Below are positions 60,381-64,000 of a stretch of 64,000 bases of DNA, in pieces. The stretch covers positions 4,925 through 68,924 of the forward strand of contig CALQJO020000006.1 of the NCBI GenBank assembly GCA_943330915.2. The letters are read 5' to 3'. Under the pieces are notes generated by a model that was not told the DNA's origin, ran no database searches, and saw only the letters and a list, made by a program, of their open reading frames with translations. The stretch is from Rhodoferax sp. OV413. GTDB lineage: Bacteria; Pseudomonadota; Gammaproteobacteria; Pseudomonadales; Pseudohongiellaceae. The position numbers and the translations under genes were made by a program. Numbering within the stretch: position 1 is the stretch's first letter; every line of letters begins with the position of its first letter.

Positions 60381-62615
60381 TTACTTGACGGGTGGCAGTC
60401 GGGCCCCCTGTGAGCGTGCAGCTGCTTTCATGCCAGGACGCTGCTTGAGCGGTTTGACGGGTGGGCGGGTTGGCCCGCGTCCTGGCCTGTCTGGCGGTAC
60501 CAGATGTTGGGGCCCGGTTCCGATCATGTCCTCACGTCCCATCTGTTTCAGCGCGACACGCAGCATCGGCCAGTTTTTAGGATCGTGATAACGCAGGAAG
60601 GCCTTTTGAATGCGCCGCTGCTCGATGTCTTTGCACGATTCAACGGATTCGCTTTTATACGTTACTTTTTTCAGCGGATTCTTTCCGGAATAGTACATAG
60701 CGGTCGCCAGTGCCATCGGTGACGGGTAAAAAGTCTGTACCTGATCAGGCCGGAATTTGTTCTTTTTTAACCACATGCCAAGGTTGAGCATGTCTTCATT
60801 ATCCGACCCCGGGTGAGCGGCGATGAAGTAAGGAATCAAATACTGCTTTTTCCCGGCCTTCGCTGAAAAGTGGTCAAACATTTTTTTGAATTCATCGTAC
60901 GAACTGATGCTGGGTTTCATCATTTTGGACAGCGTGTTTTCTTCGCTGTGTTCCGGGGCGATTTTTAAATAACCGCCCACGTGATGTGTCACCAGTTCTT
61001 CCACATACTCCGGGTCGCGCAATGCCAGGTCGTAACGCAGGCCTGACGCAATCGCCACGGTTTTAACGCCGGGTATGGCGCGCGCTTTGCGGTATAACTG
61101 TGTTGTCGGGCTGTGATCAGTGTTCAGGTGCTGACAGATGGTTGGGAATACACACGACAGACGTTTGCAACTTTTTTGTATTTCGTGTGATTTGCAATTG
61201 AGTTTATACATATTGGCGGTGGGGCCGCCGAGATCCGAAATGGTGCCGGTAAAGCCCGGGACCATATCACGGATTTTTTCGATTTCCTTGAGAATGGATT
61301 CTTCTGAACGGCTCTGGATAATGCGACCTTCATGCTCGGTTATCGAACAGAACGTGCAGCCGCCAAAACAGCCGCGCATGATGTTGACCGAGGTCTTGAT
61401 CATGTCATACGCCGGTATGCGAGCGGTCCCGTACGAGGGGTGAGGCGTGCGCGCATAGGGCAGATCAAACACGCCATCCAGTTCATCGGTTTCCAACGGA
61501 ATCGGTGGCGTGTTCACCCACACTTCCAAGGTGCCGTGTTTTTGTACCAGCACTTTGGCGTTGTAAGGATTGGCTTCCTGATGCAAGACGCGTGAGGCGT
61601 GCGCATACAGTGCCGGGTCTTTCTTCACCTTTTGATAAGAAGGCAGACGGATGTAGGTTTTATCCGGGTCGCTGTCAAATTTACGGTGCAGCGGCAATGG
61701 AATAATGCGAATGGGTGCGACGTCGGGATCTGCAAATTTAGCCTCTGAGGACTCGCGATGTTTGCGGGCGTCGGGTTCGCTGATTTGGTCATGGGGCGCA
61801 TCGTAGGGATTGGCTATCTGGTCGATGCGGCCCGGCCAATCAATGCGCGTGGAGTCAATTTCAGTCCAGCCGGCAGGTATGGAGCGGCGCACAATCGCAG
61901 TTCCGCGCAGATCGGTCAGCTGGTCAATGGATTTGCCAGCAGCGACTTTGTGCGCCAGTTCAACCAGCGCGCGTTCAGCATTGCCGAACAACAGGATGTC
62001 TGCGTTTGAATCAATCAATACAGACTGTCTGACCTGATCGCTCCAGTAATCATATTGGGCAATACGTCGCAGGCTGGCTTCAATACCGCCAATCACAATG
62101 GGGGTATTGTAATAAGCTTCACGGCAGCGCTGGCTGTAGACAATCACCGAGCGGTCCGGACGTTTTCCGGCTTCGGCATTGGGTGTGTAGGCGTCATCGG
62201 TGCGGATGCGCAGGTCTGCGGTATAGCGGTTGATCAACGAGTCCATGTTGCCGCCGGTCACGCCGAAAAACAGGTTAGGTTCTCCCAGTGCCTTAAAAGG
62301 TTCTGCACTATCCCAGGCCGGCTGCGCAATGATGCCGACGCGAAAGCCCTGGGCTTCCAGCAGGCGGCCCACCACCGCCATGCCAAAACTGGGGTGGTCA
62401 ACATAGGCATCCGCCGTGACGATAATAATGTCGCAGCTGTCCCAGCCCAGTTCATCCATCTCCGCCCGCGACATCGGCAGAAAGGGAGCCGTGCCAAAAC
62501 ACTCGGCCCAGTAGCGCTGGTAGGAGAACAGGTGGCGGGGTTTGTCGTTGGCAACCACCTGTTTGGCCTTGAGTTCAGCGCCTTTGTCTCTGGGGTTTGC
62601 TATGTCGGATTTCAT
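60381..62615 (-). CDS. YgiQ family (UPF0313) radical SAM protein
   Basis: [63 protein letters not shown]-like motif, QVQTFYPSP. Confidence 0.95.
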   Translation of the reverse strand: MKSDIANPRDKGAELKAKQVVANDKPRHLFSYQRYWAECFGTAPFLPMSRAEMDELGWDSCDIIIVTADAYVDHPSFGMAVVGRLLEAQGFRVGIIAQPAWDSAEPFKALGEPNLFFGVTGGNMDSLINRYTADLRIRTDDAYTPNAEAGKRPDRSVIVYSQRCREAYYNTPIVIGGIEASLRRIAQYDYWSDQVRQSVLIDSNADILLFGNAERALVELAHKVAAGKSIDQLTDLRGTAIVRRSIPAGWTEIDSTRIDWPGRIDQIANPYDAPHDQISEPDARKHRESSEAKFADPDVAPIRIIPLPLHRKFDSDPDKTYIRLPSYQKVKKDPALYAHASRVLHQEANPYNAKVLVQKHGTLEVWVNTPPIPLETDELDGVFDLPYARTPHPSYGTARIPAYDMIKTSVNIMRGCFGGCTFCSITEHEGRIIQSRSEESILKEIEKIRDMVPGFTGTISDLGGPTANMYKLNCKSHEIQKSCKRLSCVFPTICQHLNTDHSPTTQLYRKARAIPGVKTVAIASGLRYDLALRDPEYVEELVTHHVGGYLKIAPEHSEENTLSKMMKPSISSYDEFKKMFDHFSAKAGKKQYLIPYFIAAHPGSDNEDMLNLGMWLKKNKFRPDQVQTFYPSPMALATAMYYSGKNPLKKVTYKSESVESCKDIEQRRIQKAFLRYHDPKNWPMLRVALKQMGREDMIGTGPQHLVPPDRPGRGPTRPPVKPLKQRPGMKAAARSQGARLPPVK

Positions 62616-62989
62616 AATGTGCTGAACCTCGCGGCAGATGGATAGCGGCCGATGAATAACGCGGGCCATTCTAGCTTACTAAGGCATTGTTACAAATATA
62701 CTTTTGGAGAGTGCCGTACAAACAGTGTGTCGTGGCGATCACGCGCAGTGATAAGGCGCATTTGTCACATGGATTTACGGCAAATTTAACGCGTTCCGTA
62801 TGAAGACGTTTGCATTAGCGCAAGCCTTTGGCTATCGTTGCGGCGCTTTTCTGTAGACGTACCGTGTGTCTTTTTTCTGCCTGCTGCTGGCCGATTCGCA
62901 CGGAGTAGTTACTGTTTTGCAAGACAAATCAGCAGCATGTAACCGAAGTTTTTTGGCATTTTACATAAAAAAATAAAGAGAGGTTTACC

Positions 62990-64000
62990 ATGTCCACTCG
63001 GATTGGGAGTATCAAAAGGACCCGCTTGTTTATCGGGGTCATGACAGCAATCACCTGTCTGCCAGTGTTTGCCCAGAACACGGCGCAGAATGCGGCGCCA
63101 GGCGATATCGAAGAAGTAGTTGTAACCGGATCCTACATCAGGGGCAGCGCACTGGATGCCCCGTCACCGGTGACAACGGTAGACAGAACCAGTATCGAGG
63201 CGCAGGGCGCTGCGCAGGTCTGGGATGTCATCAAGAATCTGGAGATCAACTCAGGTTCATTCACCAATGAGGGAGCAGGCGAGGGAGATGCTCTTTCAGG
63301 AACCGCAAACGTCAATTTAAGAAATCTCGGTGAAAACTCAACACTGACGCTGGTTAACGGTAAACGTCAGGTTTCGGCCGCGACAACAACACGCAGCGGT
63401 GGCGAATTTGTGGACATCAACACCATTCCGCTGGTGATGGTGGAGCGCGTCGAAGTATTGACCGATGGCGGATCTGCGCTCTACGGTTCTGACGCTGTCG
63501 CTGGTGTGGTCAACGTGATCATGCGCACCGATTTTGAAGGTCTGGAGATTTATGGTGATGTCCAGGCGCTTGAATCAGCGACCAGTAAGCAGGACCAGAC
63601 GGTCAGCGCCATCTGGGGCTGGGGCAGTGACAGCGGCGACACGAATTTTGTATTGTCCGCTGAAGCGTTCCGTCGTGACGGTGTGCCCGTTGAATTTGGC
63701 CGTTTTTACGATGAAAACGTTGAGTACTCAGGACAGGTCGGTTCCGTCACCGGCACCATATCAAACACCATGGCCAACCCGGCATTTGGATCGCGGATCA
63801 ATCCCGCTTATCTCAACAACAGCACTACGGCCCGCAACGTCGCTGAGGGCGGCAACGCCACACAAGTGTTGACGGATCCTTTGTGTTCAACACTGACGTC
63901 TGCGGACGGCACGCCGTTTTTCACCGGTACGCGCACTGACCAACGTGGTTCCAATGGCGGTGTGTGCCGCGAGCGCACTGACGAGTGGAACTTTATGCAG
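62990..64000 (+). CDS. TonB-dependent receptor, N-terminal part (runs off the window end)
   Basis: Open frame from ATG 62990 to the end (absent from the ORF track); signal peptide, EEVVVTGSYIR TonB box, NLRNLG..STL.LVNGKR, VEVLTDGGSALYGSDAVAGVVN. Confidence 0.93.
   Translation, partial: MSTRIGSIKRTRLFIGVMTAITCLPVFAQNTAQNAAPGDIEEVVVTGSYIRGSALDAPSPVTTVDRTSIEAQGAAQVWDVIKNLEINSGSFTNEGAGEGDALSGTANVNLRNLGENSTLTLVNGKRQVSAATTTRSGGEFVDINTIPLVMVERVEVLTDGGSALYGSDAVAGVVNVIMRTDFEGLEIYGDVQALESATSKQDQTVSAIWGWGSDSGDTNFVLSAEAFRRDGVPVEFGRFYDENVEYSGQVGSVTGTISNTMANPAFGSRINPAYLNNSTTARNVAEGGNATQVLTDPLCSTLTSADGTPFFTGTRTDQRGSNGGVCRERTDEWNFMQ

Noticed and set aside
62616-62669. ORF-track start of ygiQ at 62669
   Set aside because: That ATG overlaps a TAGAAT -10 element; ATG 62615 is more plausible.
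62670-62989. Long leader before the second TBDR (possible cobalamin riboswitch)
   Set aside because: No B12-box or other riboswitch motif visible; probably divergent promoters.

Overview
A 64-kb chromosomal segment (roughly 50-55% GC by eye) from a Gammaproteobacterium. The style of the TonB-dependent receptors and the gene set suggest an aquatic Pseudomonadales or Pseudohongiella/OM182-like organism; this is inference. Most of it is housekeeping: DegP/Q protease, nfsA, ETF-QO, ispB/rplU-rpmA-obgE-proB/rpsT, dps, Nramp, murJ, DAHP synthase, aminotransferase, folD, purU, Na/Pi symporter, a Pho-box-controlled pstSCAB, dacB, ilvD, Sua5, a tandem-duplicated 1857-aa UvrA, three radical SAM enzymes, MATE, suhB/trmJ, tex and two TonB-dependent receptors. 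I saw no tRNA, rRNA, CRISPR array, transposase or phage gene. The most striking non-coding feature is a pair of ~182-bp back-to-back palindromic elements between tex and the first TBDR (57609-58064). Their stems have near-identical geometry but largely different, covarying sequence, around conserved bulge and loop motifs, with a (TGCCAG)5 array between them. Other highlights: a SuhB orthologue lacking its catalytic metal ligands, a gloA pseudogene with an internal deletion, a Bacteroidota-like FolD, a 35-aa membrane protein next to a perfect FNR/Anr box, an orphan B12-radical SAM enzyme with an amphipathic tail, and an HD diiron protein placed just upstream of the double UvrA.
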